Under the pieces are notes generated by a model. That model was given only the letters and a program-made list of their open reading frames with translations, was not told where the DNA came from and did not search any database. Shown one piece after another: positions 29,524-38,445 of a stretch of DNA of 64,000 nt. The stretch lies in NCBI GenBank assembly GCA_963720755.1, contig CAVRGP010000011.1, positions 1-64,000 of the forward strand, in the 5' to 3' direction. The stretch is from an uncultured Chloroflexia bacterium. Its GTDB lineage: Bacteria > Chloroflexota > Limnocylindria > Limnocylindrales > CSP1-4. A program made the position numbers and the translations under genes. Position 1 is the first letter of the stretch. Every line of letters starts with the position of its first letter.

Positions 29524-29898
29524 GTGCCAAACGCGATGAACGACATCGATGAACTCCAGGCGTCGTTGCTTCGGTCGATGGCGAGCGTCCATCGGCTGCG
29601 CATCCTCAGCCTGCTCGGCGAGCGGTCGTGCGAGGTCAACGAGGTCGCTCGTGAACTCGGGATGACCCAGGCTGCCGCTTCCCAGCACCTCGGCGCCATG
29701 CGTGGCACGGGTCTGGTCGAGGCGATCAGGGACGGTCGGACCGTGACCTATCAGCTGAGCGACCCACAGATCCTCGCCGCCTGCGGACTCATGCGGGCGT
29801 TCCTGGTCCGCCGCCTTTCACATCTCGGCGATATCGCGGCGGCCGTGCACGAGCCGAGCCTGGTCCTTACCTCGAACAGTCAGGAGAGCCACCTGTGA
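29524..29898 (+). CDS. ArsR family regulator (possible BigR/SqrR-like thiol/persulfide sensor)
   Basis: HRLRILSLL, AASQHL..MR..GLV, DGRTVTY, and two Cys (SCEV, ILAAC). Confidence 0.88.
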   Translation: MPNAMNDIDELQASLLRSMASVHRLRILSLLGERSCEVNEVARELGMTQAAASQHLGAMRGTGLVEAIRDGRTVTYQLSDPQILAACGLMRAFLVRRLSHLGDIAAAVHEPSLVLTSNSQESHL

Positions 29899-30302
29899 GA
29901 GACAACCTGTCCATCGTCCTGTTCTCCGGCACGGACGACAAGCTCCATGCCGCGGCGACCATCGCCGCCGGAGCGGCCGCCATGGGGACCCCGGTCAGCA
30001 TCCTGCTGATGTACTGGGCCCTCGACGCCTTCCGGGCCGACCGGATCGACAACGATCACGGGCTCGCCTACGACGCGTCGCGACCCCGCTGGAACGAACC
30101 GGTCGAGCATGTCGGCAATATCCCCTGGCTCGAGACGTTCCGGCAGGCCAAGGAGCTCGGCGACGTGACGATCCGCGCCTGCTCAGGCTCGCTCGCGACC
30201 CTCGGGCTCGATGCGACCACGTTGGACCCACTGGTCGATGACGCCGGCGGCATCGCCTCCTTCCTGGCCGATGCCCACGACGCCCAGATCCTGTTCATCT
30301 AG
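29895..30302 (+). CDS. dsrE: DsrE/DsrF/DrsH-like (DsrE2-type) sulfur carrier
   Basis: LSIVLFSGT.DKL.AAA.IA.GAAAMG, AKELG.V.I.AC, G.ASFL. Confidence 0.85.
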   Translation: MRDNLSIVLFSGTDDKLHAAATIAAGAAAMGTPVSILLMYWALDAFRADRIDNDHGLAYDASRPRWNEPVEHVGNIPWLETFRQAKELGDVTIRACSGSLATLGLDATTLDPLVDDAGGIASFLADAHDAQILFI

Positions 30303-30331
30303 TGGCCGCCGCCACGGAAAGGACTCTCGAC

Positions 30332-30706
30332 ATGGTCGATCAGGAACAACACGAGAAGCTGGTGATCATGGCCACCCACGGCCCGGATGACCCGGAGCAG
30401 GCGACCATCCCGTTCGTGATGGCCTGCGCCGCCCTCGCCTCGGATGTCGAGGTCGTCCTGGGCCTCCAGGCGGACGGCGTCTGCCTGGTCCATCAGGGCG
30501 AGGCGGAAACGGTCCAGGCGCCGGGGTTCCCGCCACTCGCGAAGCTGATGGCTGACTACAAGGAGCTCGGCGGCACGCTGCTGGTGTGCGGACCGTGCGT
30601 CAAGAGTCGCGATATCGCCGACGCCCTGGTGCCCGCAGCCGAGGTTGTTGCCGCCGGCCGGTTCGTCGCAGAGGTGATGTCCGCTACAAGCACGCTGACC
30701 TACTGA
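30332..30706 (+). CDS. dsrE: DsrE family protein
   Basis: THGPDDPEQATIPFVMA, LQADGV, LVCGPC.KSR, C-terminal LTY. Confidence 0.85.
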   Translation: MVDQEQHEKLVIMATHGPDDPEQATIPFVMACAALASDVEVVLGLQADGVCLVHQGEAETVQAPGFPPLAKLMADYKELGGTLLVCGPCVKSRDIADALVPAAEVVAAGRFVAEVMSATSTLTY

Positions 30707-30764
30707 ACCACGAGACGAGGTCGGTCGATCGACCGGCCGTCCAACCACGAAGGAGAGTCCCCCG

Positions 30765-31040
30765 ATGACCACCACGACGACCCCGCTGAGCGACAGCGAC
30801 CTCATCGCGCTCGAAAGCGCCAAGGTCGTCGACGCCCGTGGCAGCGCCTGCCCAGGCCCGCTCCTCGAGGCCAAGAAGGCCATGAACACGGTCCAGATCG
30901 GGCAGGTCATCGAGATCTGGTCGAGTGATCCGGGAACCAAGAGCGATATCGGCGCCTGGTCCGGGAAAGTCGGCCACACCTATCTCGGGACGCTGCCTGC
31001 CCAGGGCTACGAGCGAACGTTCGTCGTCCGCCAGAAGTAG
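30765..31040 (+). CDS. tusA: TusA family sulfurtransferase
   Basis: VDARGSACPGP (CPxP), SDPGT..DI.AW....GH. Confidence 0.92.
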   Translation: MTTTTTPLSDSDLIALESAKVVDARGSACPGPLLEAKKAMNTVQIGQVIEIWSSDPGTKSDIGAWSGKVGHTYLGTLPAQGYERTFVVRQK

Positions 31041-31061
31041 CGACGAAGGAGTAAGGCTGCG

Positions 31062-31508
31062 ATGACCACGCTCGTGCCGGAGACGCCGCAGACGGCGGAA
31101 CGGACCTTCGTCCCGCGGATCCTCGTCTTCTCGACGAACAACATCTCCGACCCGGGTATCGACCTGGCCGGAAGCGCCCACATGACCTATTCACCGGGCG
31201 TCGTGGTCATCAGCATGCCTTGCACCAGCGGGATCCGACCCAGCTGGATCGTCCACGCCATCGAGCACGGGTTCGACGGCGTCTTCATCGCCTCCGACGG
31301 CGACGAATGCGCTTACCTCACCGACTGCTCCAGTCGGGCCTCGCGGATCGTCGCGCAGGCGCAGGAACTCCTCGTCAACGATGGCCACGAGTCGTCGCGT
31401 CTGAAGATGGCCGCCATCTGCTCCGTGTGCGCGGAGCCCTTCACCAGACATGTCCAGCAATTCGGCCAGGCCCTCGCAGAGCTCGGCCCATCAGTGGTGA
31501 CGTCATGA
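31062..31508 (+). CDS. mvhD: MvhD/FlpD-like iron-sulfur subunit (atypical Cys pattern)
   Basis: ILVFS..ISDPGIDLAG, PCTSGI, GFDGV.IA, ECAY..DC, RL...ICSVCAEPF. Confidence 0.8.
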   Translation: MTTLVPETPQTAERTFVPRILVFSTNNISDPGIDLAGSAHMTYSPGVVVISMPCTSGIRPSWIVHAIEHGFDGVFIASDGDECAYLTDCSSRASRIVAQAQELLVNDGHESSRLKMAAICSVCAEPFTRHVQQFGQALAELGPSVVTS

Positions 31509-34222
31509 CGGATTACGACGTTCTCGTCGTCGGCGCCGGTATCGGCGGTATGGAGTCGGCCCTCAAGCTCGGCGACATGGGCTACAAGGTCCTGCTCGTC
31601 GAGAAGGAGGCCAGTGTCGGCGGGAAGATGATCCTGCTGAGCAAGGTCTTCCCGACCCTCGACTGCGCCAGTTGCATCTCGACGCCGAAGATGGCGGCCT
31701 CCATCCACCATCCCAACGTGACCACGTTCACCTACAGCGAGGTCGACGGCATCACGCCCGGTGAGGATGGGCACTTCCAGGCGAAGATCACCCGCAAGGC
31801 GCGGTTCGTCGACGAGGCGGCCTGCACCGGCTGCCAGAAGTGCGAGACGGCCTGCACGGTCTCCGTGCCCGACCAGTTCAACGCCGACATGGTCGCCCGC
31901 CACGCGGCCTACATCGCGTTCCCCCAGGCCGTGCCCAAGAAGGCCGTCATCGAGCGAGCGGGCTCGTCGCCGTGCTCGTTCACTTGCCCGGCCGGCATCC
32001 AGGCCCACGGCTACGTGTCGCTCATCCGAAGTGGCGAATATGAGAAGGCGTTCCAGCTCGTCCTCGACGCGACGCCGTTGGTCGGCACGCTCGGACGGGC
32101 CTGCTATGCGCCGTGCGAGGTCGATTGCACCCGTGGCTCGCTCGAAGGGCCGCTGCCGATCCGACGGCTCAAGCGGTTCATCGCCGACGAGCACTACGAG
32201 CGCTATGACGGTCCAGGCGTCGAGATCCCGGAGCCGAACGGCCACCGCATCGCGATCATCGGTTCGGGACCGGCCGGCCTGACCGCGGCCTGGCAGCTGG
32301 CCCGCAAGGGTTATGGCGTGAAGATCCTCGAATCGGCGCCCAAGCCCGGCGGCTTCCTTCGCCTGGCCATCCCCGCCTACCGCCTCCCGACCGAGGTCGT
32401 GGAGCGGGACATCTCCAACGTGACCGCGCTCGGTGTCGAGATCGCCGTGGACTCTCCGGTCGAGGACCTCGAGGGTCTCCACGACGACGGGTACGACGCC
32501 GTGCTCGTCGCGACCGGGACGCCACTGTCGACCCGGATGGGCGTCCCCGGCGACCAGCTCGATGGCGTCCTGAGTGGCGTCTCCTTCCTCCGGGCGGTGA
32601 AGCTCGGCGAGGGGGTCGACCTGCGCGATCGCAAGGTCGTCGTCATCGGTGGCGGCAACGTCGCCATGGATACCGCCCGGACCGCTAGGCGGATGGGTGC
32701 CCGAGATGTCACCGTCGTCTACCGACGGACCCGTGCCGAGATGCCCGCCCACCATGTCGAGGCGGACGACACCGAAAAGGAAGGCGCCGGGTTCGTCTTC
32801 CAGGCCGCACCGGTCGCCGTGATCGACGACGGCAACGGAGCGACCCGTGCCCTCCGCTGCACCAGGATGGCCGCCGGCGCCCCGGATGCCTCCGGCCGAA
32901 GCCGGCCGGAACCGATCCCGGGCAGCGAGTTCGAGATCGACTGTGACGTGATCATCACGGCCATCGGGATGGCGCCCGACGCGGCTGCATTCGGCGGCCA
33001 GGTCCGGGCGAACGCGAACGGATCGATCGTCGTGGACGAGCGAACCCTCCAGACCGATGTGCCCTGGCTATTCGCCGCCGGGGACGTCGTGTCCGGCGCC
33101 TCGGACATCACCCGAGCGACCGGCCAGGGCCGGCGCGCGGCGTTCATGATCGACCGCTGGATCCAGGATCGCACCCTGGATGGGACCGAGGACTTCGACC
33201 TTCGCCTTCCGGTCGTCGACAAGGAAGCGGTACTGGCCCGACAGCAGGCTTACCGGCTGGCGCTGGCGGCCGATCCGAGCGAAGTCATCAGCCCTGCGCC
33301 GACCGACTTCCGCGAGGTCGAGCTGCCGATGACCGAGGCCGAGGCGCGCTATGGCGCCGGTCTCTGCCTGGACTGTGGCGTGTGCTCTGAATGTGGCGAG
33401 TGCGTCGACGCCTGCCCGGTCGACGACTGCATCGACCTGCGGGCGCGCGACGAGACGATGGATGTCGACGTCGGTGCCGTCGTCGTGGCGACCGGCTTCA
33501 AGTTGTTCGCCGCCGACCTCAAGCCGGAGTACGGCTTCGGCACCTTCAGGAACGTGATCACCGGCATGCAGATGGACCGTCTGCTCGCACCGACCCGCCC
33601 GTTCAACACGATCCTGCGGCCGGGCGACGGCAAGGTCCCGGAGCGGATCGCCTACGTCCTGTGCACCGGCTCGAGGGATGAGACCGTCGGCAACCCGCTC
33701 TGCTCGCGGTTCTGCTGCATGTACTCGATCAAGCAGAACCAGCTGATCATGGGTGCCCTGCCGATCGCCGACGTGACGGTCCACTACATGGACATCCGTG
33801 CTCCCGGCAAGCGCTACGACGAGTTCTACGAACAGGCCAAGGCCATGGGCGCGAACTACGTCAAGGGCCGGGTCGCCAAGATCACCGAAAAGGACAACGG
33901 CGACCTCATCCTCCGCTACGAGGATATCGAGCACGGCGGACAGCTCGTGGAAGCGGAGTACGACCTGGTCGTGCTGGCCGTCGGGGTCCAGCCCAACAGC
34001 GACGCACAGGCCCTCTTCCCGGAAGGCGGCCTGGCGACCGACGAATATCGCTACGTCGCGGAGACCGACGAGGACTCGAACCCAGGTCAGACCAGCATCC
34101 CCGGGGTGTACGTCGCGGGCGCCGCATCCGGCGCCAAGGACATCGCCGACTCGATCCTGCACGCAGGTTCGACGGTGGCGCAGGTAGCGGCCTACCTGGA
34201 GAGGGCGAAGGTGCCGGCATGA
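31505..34222 (+). CDS. hdrA: HdrA-like flavoprotein with inserted GltD/NfnB-type NAD(P)H oxidoreductase module (HdrL-like)
   Basis: GAGIGG, FPTLDCASC, CTGC..CE.AC. Insert has SPCSFTCPAG, GRACYAPCE..C.R, GSGPAG and GGGNVA..YRR. Then CLDCGVCSECGECVDACP, CTGSRD...CSRFCC. Confidence 0.9.
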   Translation: MTDYDVLVVGAGIGGMESALKLGDMGYKVLLVEKEASVGGKMILLSKVFPTLDCASCISTPKMAASIHHPNVTTFTYSEVDGITPGEDGHFQAKITRKARFVDEAACTGCQKCETACTVSVPDQFNADMVARHAAYIAFPQAVPKKAVIERAGSSPCSFTCPAGIQAHGYVSLIRSGEYEKAFQLVLDATPLVGTLGRACYAPCEVDCTRGSLEGPLPIRRLKRFIADEHYERYDGPGVEIPEPNGHRIAIIGSGPAGLTAAWQLARKGYGVKILESAPKPGGFLRLAIPAYRLPTEVVERDISNVTALGVEIAVDSPVEDLEGLHDDGYDAVLVATGTPLSTRMGVPGDQLDGVLSGVSFLRAVKLGEGVDLRDRKVVVIGGGNVAMDTARTARRMGARDVTVVYRRTRAEMPAHHVEADDTEKEGAGFVFQAAPVAVIDDGNGATRALRCTRMAAGAPDASGRSRPEPIPGSEFEIDCDVIITAIGMAPDAAAFGGQVRANANGSIVVDERTLQTDVPWLFAAGDVVSGASDITRATGQGRRAAFMIDRWIQDRTLDGTEDFDLRLPVVDKEAVLARQQAYRLALAADPSEVISPAPTDFREVELPMTEAEARYGAGLCLDCGVCSECGECVDACPVDDCIDLRARDETMDVDVGAVVVATGFKLFAADLKPEYGFGTFRNVITGMQMDRLLAPTRPFNTILRPGDGKVPERIAYVLCTGSRDETVGNPLCSRFCCMYSIKQNQLIMGALPIADVTVHYMDIRAPGKRYDEFYEQAKAMGANYVKGRVAKITEKDNGDLILRYEDIEHGGQLVEAEYDLVVLAVGVQPNSDAQALFPEGGLATDEYRYVAETDEDSNPGQTSIPGVYVAGAASGAKDIADSILHAGSTVAQVAAYLERAKVPA

Positions 34223-35961
34223 CCGAGCAGGAACGGCGGATCGGGGTCTACGTCTGCCATTGCGGCGGCAACATCTCCGACTACGTCGACGTCGACCAGG
34301 TCGTCGCGGCCGCCCAGGGTGAACCCGGCGTCGTCGTCGCCCGCCAGATGATGTTCGCCTGCTCCGATTCCGGCCAACAGGAAATGGAGCGTGACATCGA
34401 GGAGCAACAGCTCGACGGCATGGTCGTCGCCTCGTGTTCACCGAAGCTCCACGTCGTGACCTTCCGCGGTGTGGCCAAGCGAGCCGGACTCAACCCGTAC
34501 GAGTACACCCAGGTCAACGTCCGCGAGCAGGCGTCGTGGATCCACTCGGACGACGCCCAGCAGACGACCGACAAGGCCATCCACCTGGTCAAGGCCGGGA
34601 TCGCCAGGACCCTCCTGACCGAACCACTCGAGCCCATCGTGGTCGAAACGACCCAGCGGACCCTCGTGGTCGGCGGGGGCGTGGCCGGACTGCGTGCGGC
34701 GATCGGCCTGGCCGACATCGGCCTCGGGGTCTTCCTCGTCGAACGCGAGCCGGTCCTCGGCGGCCGGGTCGGGACCTTCGGCGCGATGTACCCGACCGGC
34801 AAGAACGGCCGGGAGCTCATCGCCGAGCTGGTCGATGGCATCCGGCAGCGACCGTCGATCCGCGTCTTCACAGAGGCGGAGATGACCAGCAAGTCCGGGA
34901 CGTTCGGGAACTACGAGGTCGGGATCCGGGTCGGTGGAGCGAACCCGGAGACGCTGACCGTCGAGGTCGGCTCGGTCGTCATCACGACCGGCGTCGATAC
35001 CTACGTCCCCGAGGTGGGAGAGTACGGCTACGGCATCGAGGGCGTCCTGACCCTGCCCGAGTTCAAGGCCAGGATCGACGCGACGGACGGGCCACTCACC
35101 CATGCGGGCCGGCCGGTGCGGAGCATCGCCTACATCTACTGCGTCGGCAGTCGTGAACCGGCGGGCGAGCCGGGCGCGCACGAGTACTGCTCGCGCTATT
35201 GCTGCGCCGCGACCGTCGCCGCATCCGTCCAGATCGCGTCCCGCGACGCCGCCGTGCACCAGTACCACCTGTACCGGGACATGCGGACCTACGGCAAGTT
35301 CGAGACGATGTACACGGATTCGCGCAAGCTCGGGTCCGTCTACCTCAAGTTCGCCGACGACGCCCCGCCGAGCGTTGCCAGCGACGCGGCCGGCAACCTG
35401 CTCGTGACCGTCACGGACGTGCTCACCGGTGGCGAAGAGCTGACGATCCCGGTCGATCTCGTCGTCCTGGTGACGGGGATGATCCCCCGCCAGAACGAGG
35501 AGCTCAACAGCATCCTCAAGTTGCCGGTCGACAAGGACGGGTTCTACAACGAGATCCACCCGAAGCTCCGGCCGGTCGAAACGGTCGTCGACGGCGTGTT
35601 CATCGCCGGCGCCTGCCAGGGACCGAAGAATTCGAGCGAGAGCGTGGGCTCCGGACTGGCGGCGGTGACCCAGAGTGCGGTCATCCTCAAGAAGGGCTTC
35701 GCCGAGCTCGACCCTCTGGTCGCGGTCGTCGATACCGATGCCTGCACGGCCTGCGGCGTGTGCCTCGACGCCTGCCCGTACGGCGCCATCGACATGCACA
35801 CCGAGGGCGGAACGTCGGTGGCGGCCATCAGCGAGTCGGGCTGCAAGGGTTGTGGCGGGTGCGTCCCGGTCTGTCCGGAGAACGCGATCGACCTGCTCGG
35901 CTACACCGATGCGCAGATCACCTCGATGATCGACAAGCTCCTGGAGGTTTCGGTCGCATGA
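34219..35961 (+). CDS. hdrA: HdrA-like flavoprotein (second paralog)
   Basis: IGVYVCHCGGNI, VASCSP, NVREQ, GGGVAG, CVGSR...CSRYCC, HPKLRPV, and a C-terminal 2x[4Fe-4S] ferredoxin. Confidence 0.92.
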   Translation: MTEQERRIGVYVCHCGGNISDYVDVDQVVAAAQGEPGVVVARQMMFACSDSGQQEMERDIEEQQLDGMVVASCSPKLHVVTFRGVAKRAGLNPYEYTQVNVREQASWIHSDDAQQTTDKAIHLVKAGIARTLLTEPLEPIVVETTQRTLVVGGGVAGLRAAIGLADIGLGVFLVEREPVLGGRVGTFGAMYPTGKNGRELIAELVDGIRQRPSIRVFTEAEMTSKSGTFGNYEVGIRVGGANPETLTVEVGSVVITTGVDTYVPEVGEYGYGIEGVLTLPEFKARIDATDGPLTHAGRPVRSIAYIYCVGSREPAGEPGAHEYCSRYCCAATVAASVQIASRDAAVHQYHLYRDMRTYGKFETMYTDSRKLGSVYLKFADDAPPSVASDAAGNLLVTVTDVLTGGEELTIPVDLVVLVTGMIPRQNEELNSILKLPVDKDGFYNEIHPKLRPVETVVDGVFIAGACQGPKNSSESVGSGLAAVTQSAVILKKGFAELDPLVAVVDTDACTACGVCLDACPYGAIDMHTEGGTSVAAISESGCKGCGGCVPVCPENAIDLLGYTDAQITSMIDKLLEVSVA

Positions 35962-36206
35962 ACGCCCCGAATCGCGAACTCCGCGAAGTCATCCGCGAAG
36001 AACCCGTCATGCGGGCCAGGATCCTCGAGTTGCTCGAAGCCGAGCCGAGGACCGTTCCCGAGATCGCCACGGCGATGGACTGCCCGACCCACGAAGTCCT
36101 GTTCTGGATCATGGGCATGCGCCGGTACGGCCGGGTCCGCGAGGTCAAGGGCGTGACCGACGAGGGCTACTTCCGCTACGAAGCCATCGGGAAGGATCCG
36201 TCATGA
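35958..36206 (+). CDS. Small winged-helix-like protein embedded in the Hdr-like operon
   Basis: 82 aa, ILELL..EPRTVPEIA...EVLFWIMGMRRYG. ATGA overlaps on both sides. Confidence 0.75.
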   Translation: MNAPNRELREVIREEPVMRARILELLEAEPRTVPEIATAMDCPTHEVLFWIMGMRRYGRVREVKGVTDEGYFRYEAIGKDPS

Positions 36207-37387
36207 CCACCCTCGTCGACACCAACCTGCTCAACGATCTGCAGCGGTACGGCGCGGCTGACGTGTCGGCCTGCTTCAGCTGCGGGACCTGCACCGCGAG
36301 CTGTCCGCTGGTCAGCAACGACGCCACCTTCCCGCGCCGGATGATCCGGTATGCGCAGGTCGGCATGCGCGACCGACTCCTCTCGAGCAAGGAACTGTGG
36401 ACGTGCTACGCCTGCGGCGAGTGCTCGGAAACGTGCCCGACCCAGGCCGAGCCGAGCGAATTCATGGCAGCGGCACGACGGTACGCCATCGCCAACTACG
36501 ACCGGACCGGACTTGCCCGGACGATGTACACGCGGCCGGTCCTCGGGACCATCTTCGCGGTCGTCCTGGCGGCGTTCTTCGCCCTGTTCATGTACGCCGG
36601 CCACGGCCCGCAGAGCGCGGAGTCGCTCGACATCTTCGGGTTCATCCCCGAAGAGCTCATCCACAACATCGGGATCGGGGTCATGGTCCTCGTCTTCGCG
36701 GCCGGCCTCGTCGGCGTGGCCACGATGGCCCGAGCCGTCAGCCGGGACGGCGGGGTCGGCCTGCGCTCGATGTTCGGTGGGCGTGCTGCCCTGCGGCGAA
36801 CCGCGGGCGCCCTGTGGACGTCCCTCGCCATCGAGACCCTTGGCCAGCGACGATATCGCGACGACTGCGATACGGATGCGGCCGAGCAACCCTGGTACCT
36901 GCGGCGGTGGTTCCTCCACGCCGCGACGATGTGGGGCTTCCTGGGCCTCCTGGCCGCGACTGTCCTCGACTACGGCCTGGCCATCGTCGGGATCAAGGCC
37001 ACGGGCACGCCGGTGCCGATCTGGTACCCGGTCCGACTCCTCGGCACGGTCGCCGGGCTGATGCTCGTCTACGGCGCGACGATGTTGATCGTGCAGCGCT
37101 ACCGCGGAACGGAGCGCTCGGTCCGCCATTCGACCGCGGCCGATTGGACGCTGCTTGCCCTCGTCTGGATCACCGGTGTCACCGGTTTCGCCCTGGAGCT
37201 CGCCCTGTACCTGCCGAGCGCCCCCGCCTGGGGATACTGGGTCTTCCTGTTCCATGTCGCGATCGCCATGGAACTCGTCATCCTCGCGCCGTTCATGAAG
37301 CTGGCGCACGCGGTCTACCGACCCGTGGCGCTGTTCTTCCTCGCCCTCGCGGGCACGCCCGCGGAGCCCGGACCCGAGAGTGCGTGA
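36203..37387 (+). CDS. QmoC-like HdrC-type 2x[4Fe-4S] domain fused to a membrane (heme b) anchor
   Basis: CFSCGTCTASCP and CYACGECSETCP, then ~6 TM helices with His in WFLHAA, LFHVA and KLAHAVYRP. Confidence 0.85.
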   Translation: MTTLVDTNLLNDLQRYGAADVSACFSCGTCTASCPLVSNDATFPRRMIRYAQVGMRDRLLSSKELWTCYACGECSETCPTQAEPSEFMAAARRYAIANYDRTGLARTMYTRPVLGTIFAVVLAAFFALFMYAGHGPQSAESLDIFGFIPEELIHNIGIGVMVLVFAAGLVGVATMARAVSRDGGVGLRSMFGGRAALRRTAGALWTSLAIETLGQRRYRDDCDTDAAEQPWYLRRWFLHAATMWGFLGLLAATVLDYGLAIVGIKATGTPVPIWYPVRLLGTVAGLMLVYGATMLIVQRYRGTERSVRHSTAADWTLLALVWITGVTGFALELALYLPSAPAWGYWVFLFHVAIAMELVILAPFMKLAHAVYRPVALFFLALAGTPAEPGPESA

Positions 37388-37437
37388 CTGAAACCGTCCG
37401 ACCACGTCAACGACAGCACCGACCTAGGAGGTCTGAC

Positions 37438-37932
37438 ATGACCGCAAGCCTGCCCCAAGTCTCCCTCGAGCACCACGATCGATTGATGCACCACCTCGAC
37501 ACGATGCCCGCCGTCGGCGACCTGATCGGGACGGCGTCCGTCGCCGAGTTGCGCCCGCGGGTCGACGAAGTGGTGGCGTTCCTCGACGGCTTGCTGATCC
37601 CGCATCTCGAGGCAGCCGAGCGCACGCTGTACCCGGAGCTCGAGCGGATGCTCCAGAACCGTCACTCGATGACACCGATGCGCCGTGAGCACGGTGAGAT
37701 CCGGAAGCTCGTGGCCGAACTCGTCCAGTCGCAGGGCCAGCTCGCGAGCGGGACCATGACGACGAGCCAGACGATCGCACTGCGCCGGGTGACCTTCCGG
37801 CTGTATGCGCTGCTCAAGGTCCACCTCGCCGAGGAGCGCCTGTACGAGGCGATCATCGAGCACGGGGTGTCGGCCGAGGAAGCCGAGAAGCTGGCCGTCG
37901 CGATGGACCACAGCGGCATCACCGCCTTCTGA
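37438..37932 (+). CDS. Hemerythrin-like (HHE) domain protein
   Basis: SD AGGAGG. HHDRL, HLEAAE..LYP, MRREH, HLAEE. Confidence 0.82.
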   Translation: MTASLPQVSLEHHDRLMHHLDTMPAVGDLIGTASVAELRPRVDEVVAFLDGLLIPHLEAAERTLYPELERMLQNRHSMTPMRREHGEIRKLVAELVQSQGQLASGTMTTSQTIALRRVTFRLYALLKVHLAEERLYEAIIEHGVSAEEAEKLAVAMDHSGITAF

Positions 37933-37963
37933 CGTCAACCGCCCGATAGGGACTCGAAGCGCC

Positions 37964-37980
37964 TATGCTCTTGAGGCATA
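37964..37980. promoter_or_regulatory. Operator palindrome at the PadR start
   Basis: TATGC-N7-GCATA, with the same TATG-N9-CATA geometry as the 29427 site. Confidence 0.6.
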
Positions 37981-38438
37981 TGGACGACGGATCGAGCAAC
38001 CGCCGAGGCGCCGGCAAGGACGGGTCGGGTCGCCTCGCATCGGACCTGGACGACGCGGGGGTCCCGGTCCATCGAGGCTGGGCCCCGCTGAGTGGACGCC
38101 ACCGCTGGATGGAGCCGTTCGTGCTCGTCCTGCTGGCCGGCGGCGGCTCCCACGGCTATGCCATGACCGCCCAGCTGGAGGAGATGGGGATCACCGGTGG
38201 TCCGGTCGATATCGGGCAGGTGTATCGAACCCTCCGCGACCTCGAGGCGACCGGTCAGGTCACCTCGTCATGGTCGACCGAACCCGTCGGTCCGCAGCAC
38301 CGTGACTACGAACTGACCGCGGCCGGGTACGCCGCGATCGACGCCTGGGCCGCGGTCATGAAGGAGCGCGCGAGGCTCATCGGCGAGTTCAACGCCAGGT
38401 ACCTCGAAGCCGTGACGACCCCGCGCCGGCGACGGTGA
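37980..38438 (+). CDS. PadR family transcriptional regulator
   Basis: LVLLA.G.SHGY, GQVYRTLRDLE..G.V.S.W, YELT..G. Confidence 0.88.
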   Translation: MDDGSSNRRGAGKDGSGRLASDLDDAGVPVHRGWAPLSGRHRWMEPFVLVLLAGGGSHGYAMTAQLEEMGITGGPVDIGQVYRTLRDLEATGQVTSSWSTEPVGPQHRDYELTAAGYAAIDAWAAVMKERARLIGEFNARYLEAVTTPRRRR

Positions 38439-38445
38439 CGGTCAG

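Noticed and set aside
31220-31504. N-terminal extension of the 1000-aa HdrA ORF
   Set aside because: Overlaps mvhD in another frame and is Arg-rich noise. The real start is ATG 31505.
31505-37387. Methanogen-type HdrABC or evidence of sulfate reduction
   Set aside because: No HdrB (CCG domain), aprAB, sat or dsrAB in the window, so the pathway cannot be claimed.
29524-37932. Selenocysteine (in-frame TGA) in Hdr/Mvh/DsrE proteins
   Set aside because: All reading frames are continuous, and the missing MvhD Cys positions are sense codons, not TGA.
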